Below the pieces are notes generated by a model that did no database searches, was not told the DNA's origin, and saw nothing but the letters and a program-made list of their open reading frames with translations. DNA of 64,000 nt from Piedraia hortae CBS 480.64. Its lineage: Eukaryota. Made by a program: the position numbers and the translations under genes. The stretch lies in the NCBI GenBank assembly GCA_010093745.1, contig MU005983.1, positions 124,001 to 188,000 on the forward strand, written 5' to 3'. Below are positions 11,651 to 21,925 of the stretch, in pieces; the stretch's first letter is position 1; each line of letters starts with the position of its first letter.

Positions 11651-13068
11651 GGAGGAATCGCTAACTTGCTGTGCAAGTGCCCCGCATACGCGCTAGCGGC
11701 GATGCTTGAATCCAACACACTTTGTCTGTTTTTATAGAGACAAGCATGGATGTAGGGGACATTTGATACAGTCAATGCCTTACTGAAGCAGACAAGATCT
11801 TGTGCCAGATCGATCAACAGCATCTACTTCGACTGTAATGAACTGAGGCGGCAAAAGGGAATATGCGTAGTGGTACATTTCGTGTGCGACTATATGTGAT
11901 TGGACATGAGAATGTTGATGTAATGGGAGAAGCCTGTTTGAGGATACAACTTACAGGCTTGGGAATTGAGTATGAGTAATAGCCAATGGTGTGTTCGGTT
12001 GATCTCTTTATCTCCGAGAAAAAGGGCTCTGGAATTCCGTTTCCTTTGAAAGGGCGAACATAGATTGACCAGACCCCAAAAGCTGAATCCACTTCAATAA
12101 AAACAAGGAGGTCAACCAAGCATTCATGCAACGTAATGTTATAAGGCCAACCTGTCACTCAAACCGTGTTCGATATATCGAGAATCCGCTGCATCCAGGT
12201 GTCTACCGATGCGTGGAGATCAAACCAGGAGTGCTGATAATCTACTTTAAGGAAGAAGCCTCTGTATTCAGAGTTGCCAACATCCAATCTTGAATGCATT
12301 GTGCAAGGAATTTAGAGACGTGAGCGCTGAGAGCAGATGGAAGATATTGAATACTTCTCGACAATACACTTCCGCACCAGGCCTTTACTGCAGATGTACG
12401 TGATGAACTGCTGTGGAATTGCATACATTTTTGTAACGCGTTTCGCCGCGGGTTCAAACAAGAATTTTGTATACAGCGGTGTTTCCCTAAATCATGGGAT
12501 GTGAACCGGCAAACAGGAGGAGATCATGGTCCATGCGTGAGATGGAGCCTAATTCGTGGCTTAGAATCATGCCCTGGACGGTGCTCGACGCATTAAGCAC
12601 TGGCAGCATTACGACCAACAGAATTTTAACATTCTGGGGGGGGGGCAACTTTGTTCGATCTTACCAACGCCAAAAACTCTACGGCATACATATGTCCCAT
12701 CAGAAACATATGTGCACGTGTAATAGTTGAGTACGCAAAGACATATAATGGCACATGGCGTGTTGAGTCACGAGATGCCAGAAGACTCATGGTCTAACGT
12801 CTCTTGACTCAACGTTCACTCAAGGGTGGAGTTTAGCCACAATGTTCTCTTCAGTGAACAAATGTCAACGGCAAGGACAAGTCTTTGTGCCGGCAAGATT
12901 ATGCCGGTCTAATTCCTGATTCGACTTCTACAATACCTATCTACGTTCTCGCTGAGTTCTATCCTCCTCATCCAATTCTCCCCGCACTCTGCTCCAGTAT
13001 ATACGGCCCGGAAAATCGGTGCAAAAGCTCCTTCCCCTTCTTTATTCATTTGCTCCTTGAGAATAAGA

Positions 13069-14241
13069 ATGGAGAGTTTTGAACAAGAGGGTGCACGTAC
13101 ATTGCTCTCTGAAATAGGAGCAACAGAGTACAGTTATGCGAGCACATCTGCACGTGTGAGCGTTATGGTAGCCGGCGCAATTTTTACTTTTCTAGGACGT
13201 TCGTATCTCCCATTTCTTACGATAACATGAAAAAACTAACATCAAAACAGTCCTAACCATATTCCTCCGCGGTCTCAGTTTAGCACTGCGCAAACGACCA
13301 CTCGGGTACGACGACAGCGTCATGATAATAGCCTGGCTTTGTTCCATAGGCTTCATGACGAGTTCCTTCATTGCCGTGCGATGGGGAATCGGGATTCGCA
13401 ACGATGATGCACCCAGATCCTGGTTCGAAAACGCCCTCAAAGTAAGTCCCCCCTCAAAACCTCCCCGCCCCCAAACTCACCCCCCACCCCCCCAGGCCAT
13501 CTACGTAAGCGAATACTTCTACTACAGCAGCATATACTTCATCAAGCTCTCCATTCTGCTCATGTACCTTCGCCTCACCCAAGGCGTCAAGACGTTTTTC
13601 TACCGCGGCACAATCGCCATGGGCGTCTTCCTAACCTTCACCTTTGTCCCCACCATCCTCGTCATTCTACTCCAATGCAGCCCTCGCTCAGCCTACTGGG
13701 ACACCACCGTCAACGGCCAATGTATCGACTTTACCGCATTCTTCTACAGTAAGCCTCCCTTCGCGAAGCATCCCTACCTACCTCTAACCCACCCCAGCAA
13801 CAAGCGGACTAAGCATCATAACCGACATATTCATTCTCCTTCTGCCGGTGCACATGCTCTGGAATCTGAATTGCAGCAGACGACAAAAAGCGGGAATTCT
13901 AGCAACATTTCTCGTCGCTGGATTATCGACCCTAGCGAGCTGTATTCGCCTCTACGCAGTCAAGATTTATACACTCTCCGACCATCCGATGCAGGATAAT
14001 GCGCGCATAAAGACGTGGTCATTTGTGGAGATTAATCTTGGGTTGGTTTGTGGGTCTGCTGCTGGTGAGTTTTTGTCTTTTGTTTCATTTGGGAGGGAAG
14101 CTAACGCATACAGCGCTCAAACCGCTCTTTTTCACGCCGGAAAGCAGGAAAGGGAAGGATGATTCCCAACGGGGGATGAAAATCCGTTTGACGGAAATGG
14201 TGGATCAAGGTGAGTTTGATCGTGAAGGGTTTATTAGGTAA
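13069..14241 (+). CDS. PTH11/rhodopsin-like fungal integral membrane protein (about 4 introns)
   Basis: Family motifs LGYDD, IKLSILLMYLRL, QCSPRSAYWD, NIITDIFILLLP, RRQKAG, SCIRLY and WSFVEINLGLVC across short GT-AG introns. Confidence 0.85.
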
Positions 14242-14769
14242 GGGTAGGGGCTGATTTTTTGATAAGAAGGGACGGGTGAGGTTGAGACTGAGGGTTCGTC
14301 GCCGACGAATTTGAGGGGGATAATCGGAATTATAGAACGGGGTGATGCTCAGAGGCCAAAGGATTGGGTTTAATCACAGCCAGTCCTTCAGGATTTGCTG
14401 TAAGCATGGATTCCATCGGAACTGTATGATTGGAGGTACCCAAACTATAATGGGGCTTGTGTGGGATCCCGATTTTTATGGGGTAAGACGGTGCCCCAGA
14501 CCGTTCAAATTCCGTGTGGTTAATGCCATCAGCATTAGTCCACACTATTGCTGCCATAACGTACGAAGCTAGTCACCACATGTCACCATCACCGATGCCA
14601 TGGTCACAACAAGCACCGATAAGGCACATTCAGAGCCCGATCAAGACGTACTATTATACGACCATGAATGGACGAGAACATTAAATTTCGTTTCACCCAG
14701 ATCGAAAAAGCATATTTGACAAGAATGGCGGGACACTTTCCATTTTGTTGCGGGTTAGCTCTTTCGTTC

Positions 14770-15318
14770 CATGGTTGTTCCATTGGTGTGGTTCAACGTG
14801 CGCACTATATGGACAAGGCGCTTCTGTGCAGGAGCTCATGAGTATATAGCAGGCGCTCTGGCCATCTATAGCTTTCATGCGAGACAATATCTTGTTCGAA
14901 CCTGGGTCCGTGCACTCCCCCCACACAATTATCGACGCAACGACATCATGTGGGAACTCGGAATCCCTCATCCAGTATTGCATGCTTCCAAGCATCGCCC
15001 GGCAGAAGTTCGCGCTCTAGACGAAATGAATATACTCCTCGTGTTTGCATAACATCCTTTGCTATCACTGCCAGGGTACGCGTTGGAACTATGTTGTCGC
15101 GCGAGAAGATGGCTCCAGACGCGCTACCTCTACTACAGAGAGCACGGACCCTGTCGACATTAGCCGTGACAATCACATACTATATTTCTAAACGTATTCC
15201 ACGGTGCAGGACTGTTAAGACGATCAATTCAATAAATAAGTGATGATGATGATTGATTTTACGCCAGGGCGGAAGCGGCCGCGTACGGCCGCCCGCCGAA
15301 GGACATGAGGCGTGCTAG
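14770..15318 (+). mobile_element. Probable degenerate Helitron 3' end (Pif1-like helicase C-terminal remnant, hairpin, CTAG terminus)
   Basis: Broken frames give SFAIT..RV..LSREKMAP..RARTLSTLAV, resembling Pif1 motifs V/VI. A GC hairpin GCGGCCG-cgta-CGGCCGC near 15276-15293 is followed by CTAG|T at 15315-15319. Confidence 0.5.
15072..15172 (+). repeat. Dispersed ~100-bp repeat, copy A (matches 23843-23944)
   Basis: CAGGGTACG.GTTGGAACTATGTTGTCGCGCGAG...CATTAGCCGTGACAA, about 90% identical by eye. Confidence 0.95.
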
Positions 15319-15657
15319 TTTAAACACTATTTACAGAACATGTTCAGCCTAACATAGTTTATCAGTGAGCGCTATGTCAATGAAAGATCCAGAAATCTGT
15401 GAATCATTGCCTGCAGCCCGCGAAACAGCTGAAAAGACAGATAGTATGTACGAGTGAGAACAATGGATGGAAAGTAGAGATGTGTTTTATGAGTGAATAC
15501 AAGTATGTCTTCGAGGGGACATCAGAGAATATATTCGGGGCTGGAAGGCCCGTGCGTAGCCTCGTATGAAGAGTCATCAATTGTATGACCGTAAGCAAGT
15601 GGTTATACATGCAGTAAGACTGTCAGCATGCAGTCTTACTCCATGACTCACCTCAAA

Positions 15658-15753
15658 CAGTAGCAGGGCGCATTCACCATGTCGCATGCGACATGACCCT
15701 AAGGGAAACCTCTGTGAGGACAAAACCTAGGGTGCAGCTGCTGGTGTAAGAGG
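15658..15753 (+). repeat. Structured non-coding motif, copy 2
   Basis: GGGCGCATTCACCATGTCGCATGCGACATGACCCTAAGGGAAACCTCTGTGAGGACAAAACCTAGGGTGCAGCTG. Confidence 0.85.
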
Positions 15754-15794
15754 TGTCGCGCAGTGGCATCATACACTGATAGCAACGAGACTTC

Positions 15795-16415
15795 ATGCCA
15801 ACAACAGCATCTACAAACACAAAACCTGGATAATAATGTAGATCGAGTCTTTGCACATCTCCTCCACCAAGTTGCGAAATTTTTGGAGCGTTGTTGCATC
15901 TTTCCGGTTAAATTTCGTGTCACTATCAGCGGCGTGGTTTGTACGAAACTCAATATTACAGCCACATCAGATGTTTTTGACTACCGAGACATGGCCTATA
16001 ATGATCTCCAGGGCGGTCTCTATCGAGTGGGCTACTTTTCATTGGCTTTTATTGTCGCGCGCTGGTGTAATGTGCGTTCATGGTAGTCCGATGTCGCAGC
16101 GAGTGTCTTGTCTTGCGCGGGGTTCCGGTTGCGGGGACGCCTCGTGTTTTACCAGCAAGCGGACTGCCATGATCGCGCATTACATTCGCGCGCAACAAGA
16201 GGGACATTTCAGGCCATGTTACAGTAGTCACAGGCGTTTGATGTGGCCGTGGTACTAAGTTTTGTACAAAACAAGCTGCTGATCAAAACGCGCAATCCAT
16301 CAGCAAAGATGCAATAACGCTCCAAAGATTTTGCGAATTGGTGAATACGATGCGCAAAGCCTTGCTCTTTGTTATTAGTCAAGTTTTATATTCGTAAACG
16401 TTGCTGTGCGGGCAT
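15795..16415. repeat. Long imperfect inverted repeat (fold-back), ~620 bp
   Basis: 15795-16003 aligns to the reverse complement of about 16205-16415, and 16050-16090 to the reverse complement of 16160-16198. Mismatches are mostly transitions. Confidence 0.9.
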
Positions 16416-17154
16416 TAGTTGATGATATGTGAATTCCTGGACCACTCACTGACACGAACCGCTCACTGATAAACTACTTCAGCGTCTTTGCTCAAAACTT
16501 CCGCGATGGTAGGACTGTTTTGAGCGACAAGTCAACGGTGATAAGGGGTTCACAAAGCTCGCAGCGTTGATACCAACCTATGTAGAATTGAAATGCTCGA
16601 GGCTGTCACAGAACGACTGAGGGTCTGGATCAACGCGGCAAAAATCCAAGGGTCAAATAATCTCGACTAACCTGTTTAAGACTGCTCGGGCGGGCTAACA
16701 GCGAAGCGTTGCGCATTCACCATACTTCCTACTGGCAACACATCTGGAAATAGCTTAGATCTGATAAGTTGAGGGCCGTTGATAAAAAGATGAGCAAGTT
16801 GACAGTGATTGGTTCCAGCTTGCGCGGTTGTCTGGACAGCTATCGTACCATGAGGTTTCTGCTCATGGAAGCCGCTATACGGGGTACATCTATCGGCGAG
16901 TTAGAACAGTGATCTCGATGTATTTATCATGAAAGTACAAGATATGTACATTGACGACACCGGCCAGTTGTGGATCGCTAAGCGCTTGAAATGTTGCCGC
17001 AATCATTTTTGCCACTTTATAGATTTTGTGTTCTTTACTGGGACAGTCACCGTTGCCTGGGCCATCGCTTGTCTGTGTTGGTATGTGGTACACTGGTGGA
17101 GATAGTCGATGTCAAAGTTTGACGAGGTGACCAATTTATCGGCGGGGCTACTCT

Positions 17155-18165
17155 AATACTTGGTCGGATCTCCCTTGTCTTTGACAACAGCTGCACAACG
17201 CCTCGGCATACTCTCAACGAGTGCATAACATTCCTCGGACGTAATGGGGTCCCATGCTTCCTCGATCTGCTCGATCTGCTCCTCCTGGCTCTCGGCTACG
17301 GTCTCATATCCGGTCAGCCTCCTCTTGACAATCTCCTACAGATGCTCAATAGAATTGAGGTCCGGGGAGTAGGTAGGCCAGTCCAGAACAATGATCCCGT
17401 TGTCCTCAAACCAGTTCCGGGCAAGCTTCGAGGTATGCTTGCTATTTCCATCCTGCTGGAACTTGTCACAACGGAGGGAGCGCATGCTACCCCGAAGGTT
17501 TTTACGCAGTATACTGACGTACTGGGGCACATCCCTTCACCCAACGACCAAATCGAACCTCCCCACTCCTGCTCCGGACATGCATCCCCAAATTAAGGCA
17601 TTCCCGCCGCCGAGCTTGACTGTGCCCCTTACGTTATGTTCCTCGAACCCAGTCTAGTAGGGGGGGATCCACCAACATTGCACACCGTAAGATCCAACAC
17701 GTTTGATTATAGTTTCGTCGGAGAACAGGACCTTCTTCAAGTCCTCAGCTGTCTATTCAAGGTGCTCAGTGGTCCACCGAAGGCGTTCAGACTTTGCTCT
17801 CTTAGATAGTGCTGGGGCCTTCTTCTTGACATCCCCTAATCCTTGCTCTTTGAAAGCTTTGCGGACAGTATCAGGACCGACACTGATCCCTAGGCCATGC
17901 TTCAGCATACGGTTAACCTCTAGTGCCGATTTGCACTTGTTTGTGCGCATCAACCTGGCCGATAGCCTCTTCGTGACCTTATCCAGCTTCTCTGGACGCC
18001 CGGGCCTTGACGTTTTCACCTCGTCTCTCTTTCAACAAAGTCCTTGCGGAGTTTCTGAACGAACGTCTTACTATAACCCGTGTCTTTGGCCACCTGTCGC
18101 TGAGACTTGCCCGCTTTGATGCCCGCAAGCACGTTGCCGCGTCTAGATTCTCCGAGAGGGCACAT
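17155..18165 (-). pseudogene. Disrupted Tc1-family DDE transposase
   Basis: HTH GKSQRQVAKDTGYS, GRP motif, VLFSDET, IWGCM, FQQDGNSKHTS, WPTYSPDLNSIEHL and LVESMPRRCAAV. Frameshift near 18025 plus several stops. Confidence 0.92.
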
Positions 18166-18238
18166 GGTGAACAGGAAAGCGCAAATCGAATGTCAATTGA
18201 ACTCACGAATCTACGGAATGTTGTGTCAGAAGGATGTG

Positions 18239-18380
18239 GCACCCATCATGACCAGAACTTTAGCTAGGAGTCGAAACTTCTGAGGGTTTTTACCTCTATA
18301 GAGGAAGTTTCCCCTGAGATGGGTCATTGTCTCGTTCATGCTTAATTGCATGGTTCGCTGACGTTGTCCTGGCGAATGCG
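18239..18380 (-). repeat. Diverged copy 3 of the structured motif, in the Tc1 leader
   Basis: Minus strand reads GCATTC..AC CATGC-aattaa-GCATG ..ATGACCC.. AGGGG-aaac-TTCCT CTATA GAGG-taaaaac-CCTC ..GGGTGC; same order of elements as copies 1 and 2. Confidence 0.55.
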
Positions 18381-19063
18381 GTTGGACTGAGGTAGTGGAG
18401 AAGATTTCGAACCTCACCCAAGATAGAGATAGACATCTACATTCATCTTTTGTTCAGATTTGAATGCACACATTCGTCGTTGATATACTTTCCGCTTTAG
18501 TCCTCGGTTACTCCCACAACCCCCCCTCCCCCCCCTCGACACGTTGTGTAAGTTTTTCGCGTGTGTAGAGGTGTTGTGCGTGGTTTGTGACGCGTTGTTT
18601 GGGTCAGAGGTGGGATTTGAAAGTGTCGCTGATAAATTGGTCTACGGACTCGTCCAACTTTGACATTAATTATCTCCACCAGTGTATCATATATCAACAC
18701 AAAACAACATGCTTTGGATAGCCCTTTAAACGGCCTATCGAATGATTCGACCCTTGAACGTATCGGTGCAATTTAACGGAAGTCATGGTTTTGATGTGTC
18801 AAAAACCCTGAACATGTTACCAATTTCTCGGGGTACGGTACATCCTGACATTACGCCGCTCCGTGTTTTGACGCTCGGGCTACATGTATATGATACAAGA
18901 GCCCAGTCTCTGCTTGGCAATCACGTGCTGCTGAGTAAGCGACGAAAGTCAACCGCATATTCAGAGGATGTCGTCCACCAAGCGATAAGCGAGCACCAAT
19001 GATCTTGCTTTGCAAGACCATTGGGCGGAAGAGCTTACTAAACTATCCAAAAATCGAGTTCAA

Positions 19064-20362
19064 ATGGCGGACCCACGGGTGGCCCTCTTTCCTTATGAGT
19101 GTCGTTTGCCCTTTTGTGAAGAGCTCTACCGCTATGTATCTGGCGGTTTCCACCCCGAGCATTTCGGGGACATGTTGCATGATAGGCGTTACAGAATCTT
19201 GCATAAGCTAGGCTATGGATCCTTCTCCACTGTCTGGGCAGCACGAGATGAACAGTGAGGCCTTGCCGCTTTCTCTTTTGGAACCATTGGGCTTATCAGT
19301 TTGCAGGGAGCAAAGATATGTAGCAATTAAAATTCCCGAGGCGAATGCTCCGTCAAGCCTTGAAACAAATATCTTGACGACTTTAACAGCAAGTAAGTCC
19401 AAGCAGCCTGGCATGGCCTACATACCCAAACTGCTGGATGAGTTTGATCTTGTTGGGCCAAACGGAACACATACTTGTACTGTGACTGACGTTTTTGGGG
19501 CCCCCGTTGGAAAATGCCTCGATAACGGTGGCGACCTACTGATTGCCAGTGCTGCACGGAGGCTGCAACGACAAGTCTTAGAGGCCGTCGAGTGTTTATA
19601 CCAGCATGACATTGTGCATGGAGACGTGTATACCGGCAATATCGCATGGAAAGCACGCGGCCTCAATGAATTTACAGAAGAGGAGTTTCTGCGGCTCTTT
19701 CCTTATGCACTGACTAAAGAAGTGAAGAGCAAAGACGGATCCCCTCTACCACCGAACGTGCCCAAATATCTGGTGATGCATGGCTATAATCCCACCCAAA
19801 GTTGGAATGAGGACGATATCATGCTTATAGATTTCGGACAAGCATTTTATCTGGCTTCTCCGCCAGCTACGCTCGCAACCCCGATTTGTTACCGTCCTCC
19901 AGAAGTTGTTTTCCACGAGAAAGTTGACGAAAAGGTAGATGTATGGAGTGCTGGCATCTTGGTATGTTGCTTTATTCTCCTAACACCCCAGCAAGCTGAT
20001 ATTCACAGTGTTTCGTGTTCCTGACCAGCTCACTCCCAGTGGAATCGATAATTTGGAAAGAATACGAGCTTATCGATTCCCTGCAGAGGTTGGTCTATCA
20101 CCATCCCCCTGCACGCTGGCAGAAAGAATGGCAAATAATGGTTGCCAAGGCCAACGATCCTTATTCCGAGGACTTTGAAAGCTTCCAAGCGAGGATTGAG
20201 GCACATTTTAAAGAGGATGATAATGGGAAACTACAGGATCTGCCAACTGAGGTGTTCCGTAGGGCTGGAGAGCTGTTCGAAAAGGTACTGCAATTGGATC
20301 CGAAAGATCGCATCTCGGCAAAACAAGCGCTTGAGTTGGACTGGTTCAAGGATCCTTCTTAA
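19064..20362 (+). CDS. Fungal SRPK-like (CMGC) Ser/Thr protein kinase; introns 19255-19306 and 19962-20008
   Basis: YVSGGFHP, RYRILHKLGYGSFSTVWAARD, VAIKI, HGDVYTGNI, DFG, YRPPE, DVWSAG and DPKDRISA. Confidence 0.9.
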
Positions 20363-20513
20363 TTGCTCGAAACATCTCTAAGCGCTGGGATACTTGGTAG
20401 GATCAGAGGTTACTTCCATGGCAGTTGGTGGTTTTATACTTGACATTAGTTATAGGTACGTAAAAGTTGTTCACAGGAAAAAAAAAATACCATGTATAGA
20501 GAGCATAAACCCC

Positions 20514-21769
20514 TCAACCACGCTCCAGCGCGCCTCTTCGCCCCTTTCGTTTCCTCACACTTTCCTTCCTCGACGGGTATCCACTGTCCATACTAGTCCC
20601 CAGCCCCGAATCCTTCCCCAACTCGTCATAATCGTCCTCATCATCCGCATCCAGCAATGGCAAAGCTACTTCACTTTGGAAATCATCATCTTCGCGCTTA
20701 ATAACGGGCGAAGCCGCCGTATACCTCAACGGCATCTGCGCAGAAGTAGTTGGGAACGTGCGTTCCGTGTCTGAGAGCTGGGGTTCATCCATCAGCTCTG
20801 TCTTGATCTTAGCAGCGGGGCTTTCGCTCTTGATTCGTTTCCCTGGAGTCATGGCGGGAGCACGGTGAAAGAGCGCCCACGCAGCGCTCGCGAAAACGAG
20901 TTCTGTGGCCCAAAAGGCGCCCACAAACACAAGCGCACTCATGACGCGATGGTTATACATGAACCACCGTAATCCCTTTAGCCTCGCGCGGAAGATGACT
21001 CTTGCAGAATATATCTGCAGACGAGGTTTACTCTGCACCTCTAACTTCAGCGCGGCAGGCACGTTCCTCCAGCCCTTTGGGAACTCGAGTCTCTCAAACA
21101 TATTGATTGCTAGATGGTCTGTTTCTTGACGCCAGTTGAGCAGATACCACTGCAAGCCCGTGATGCGGTACGCAAGGTCAACGAGCCGCGAGCGGAATGG
21201 CAAGATCGCTGGACGGCGCGAAACCACCAGAGCCTCCGGCTGCAAAGCATCGGACAGCATCTCTCTGTGTATTGCGTTGTTCCGTGCGGGCTTGCTCCCG
21301 GCGGGAGCGTACATGCTGAGCTCAAGCATAAAGTTCCCGGCATTGATGTTGTCGCAAGTCCGCGGTAAGACGAGTTCGACTGAGACATCGTACTCTTGAA
21401 CACCTACAATGTCAGGCCTGAGGCTGGCTATTCCGTAAGGATGGGGGCCGGCATATTTATCGTCGGATGGGATGTAGACGTGGTCGAATTGAAGGTATAC
21501 TTCGCGCGAGAAGCCGATGCGCGGAACGAAGGAGGTGTAAAATAGGACATAGGAGATGACGGCGGCGACAAAGAGCGCAACAGACGCGAAGGAGAGGAGA
21601 AAGGTGGTCAGATAAGCGCGTCGCGCGGGTTTGGAGAGCGCGATATAGACTGGTTGGAGGGCGAAATTCTGTTTGCAAGGTTGGACATTATTTGCGACTG
21701 ATAAAAAGGGGAAAGTACCTTGATTTCAACATGAAGGCTCTCCTGCGCCTCTTCTTCTGACTCGTGCAT
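20514..21769 (-). CDS. Seipin (BSCL2/SEI1 family), with introns
   Basis: N-terminal TM segment then YLQFD, QEYDVSVELVLPRT..N..GNFML, LQIYSA...LKGLRWFMY and a second TM segment. Confidence 0.9.
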
Positions 21770-21925
21770 GGTGGACGTGACGTGCGCCGCCACAAGTGAG
21801 GTTAGATTAGAGTTTAAGCTTTAGCGTCATGCAAGGACGGTGCGGAGAACTGGGGAACTGGGGTGACATGCGGCTGAGTGAGCACGTCAACAACGCCTCC
21901 TCACATTTGACATTCCAATCGACAG

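Larger units (their letters stand above)
17091..18684 (-). mobile_element. Full-length Tc1/mariner DNA transposon with ~55-bp imperfect TIRs and TA target-site duplication
   Basis: TA|CACTGGTGGAGATAGTCGATGTCAAAGTTTGACGAG at 17089 matches the reverse complement of CTCGTCCAACTTTGACATTAATTATCTCCACCAGTG|TA ending at 18686. Confidence 0.92.

Noticed and set aside
15658..15753. Telomerase RNA core (hairpin followed by ACCCTAA)
   Set aside because: Only 7 nt of template-like sequence, altered to ACCCTGA in copy 1, no U-rich pseudoknot, and multiple copies. Not supported, though not formally excluded for the larger region.
18265..18416. tRNA gene from B-box-like GGTTCGAAAT / GTTTCGACTCC on the minus strand
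   Set aside because: No cloverleaf or A-box at the proper spacing.
17091..18684. Fanzor/TnpB cargo with omega-RNA in the Tc1 element
   Set aside because: No room or RuvC motifs for a second ORF. The structured motif is about 300 bp inside the 5' end, not at the 3' terminus.
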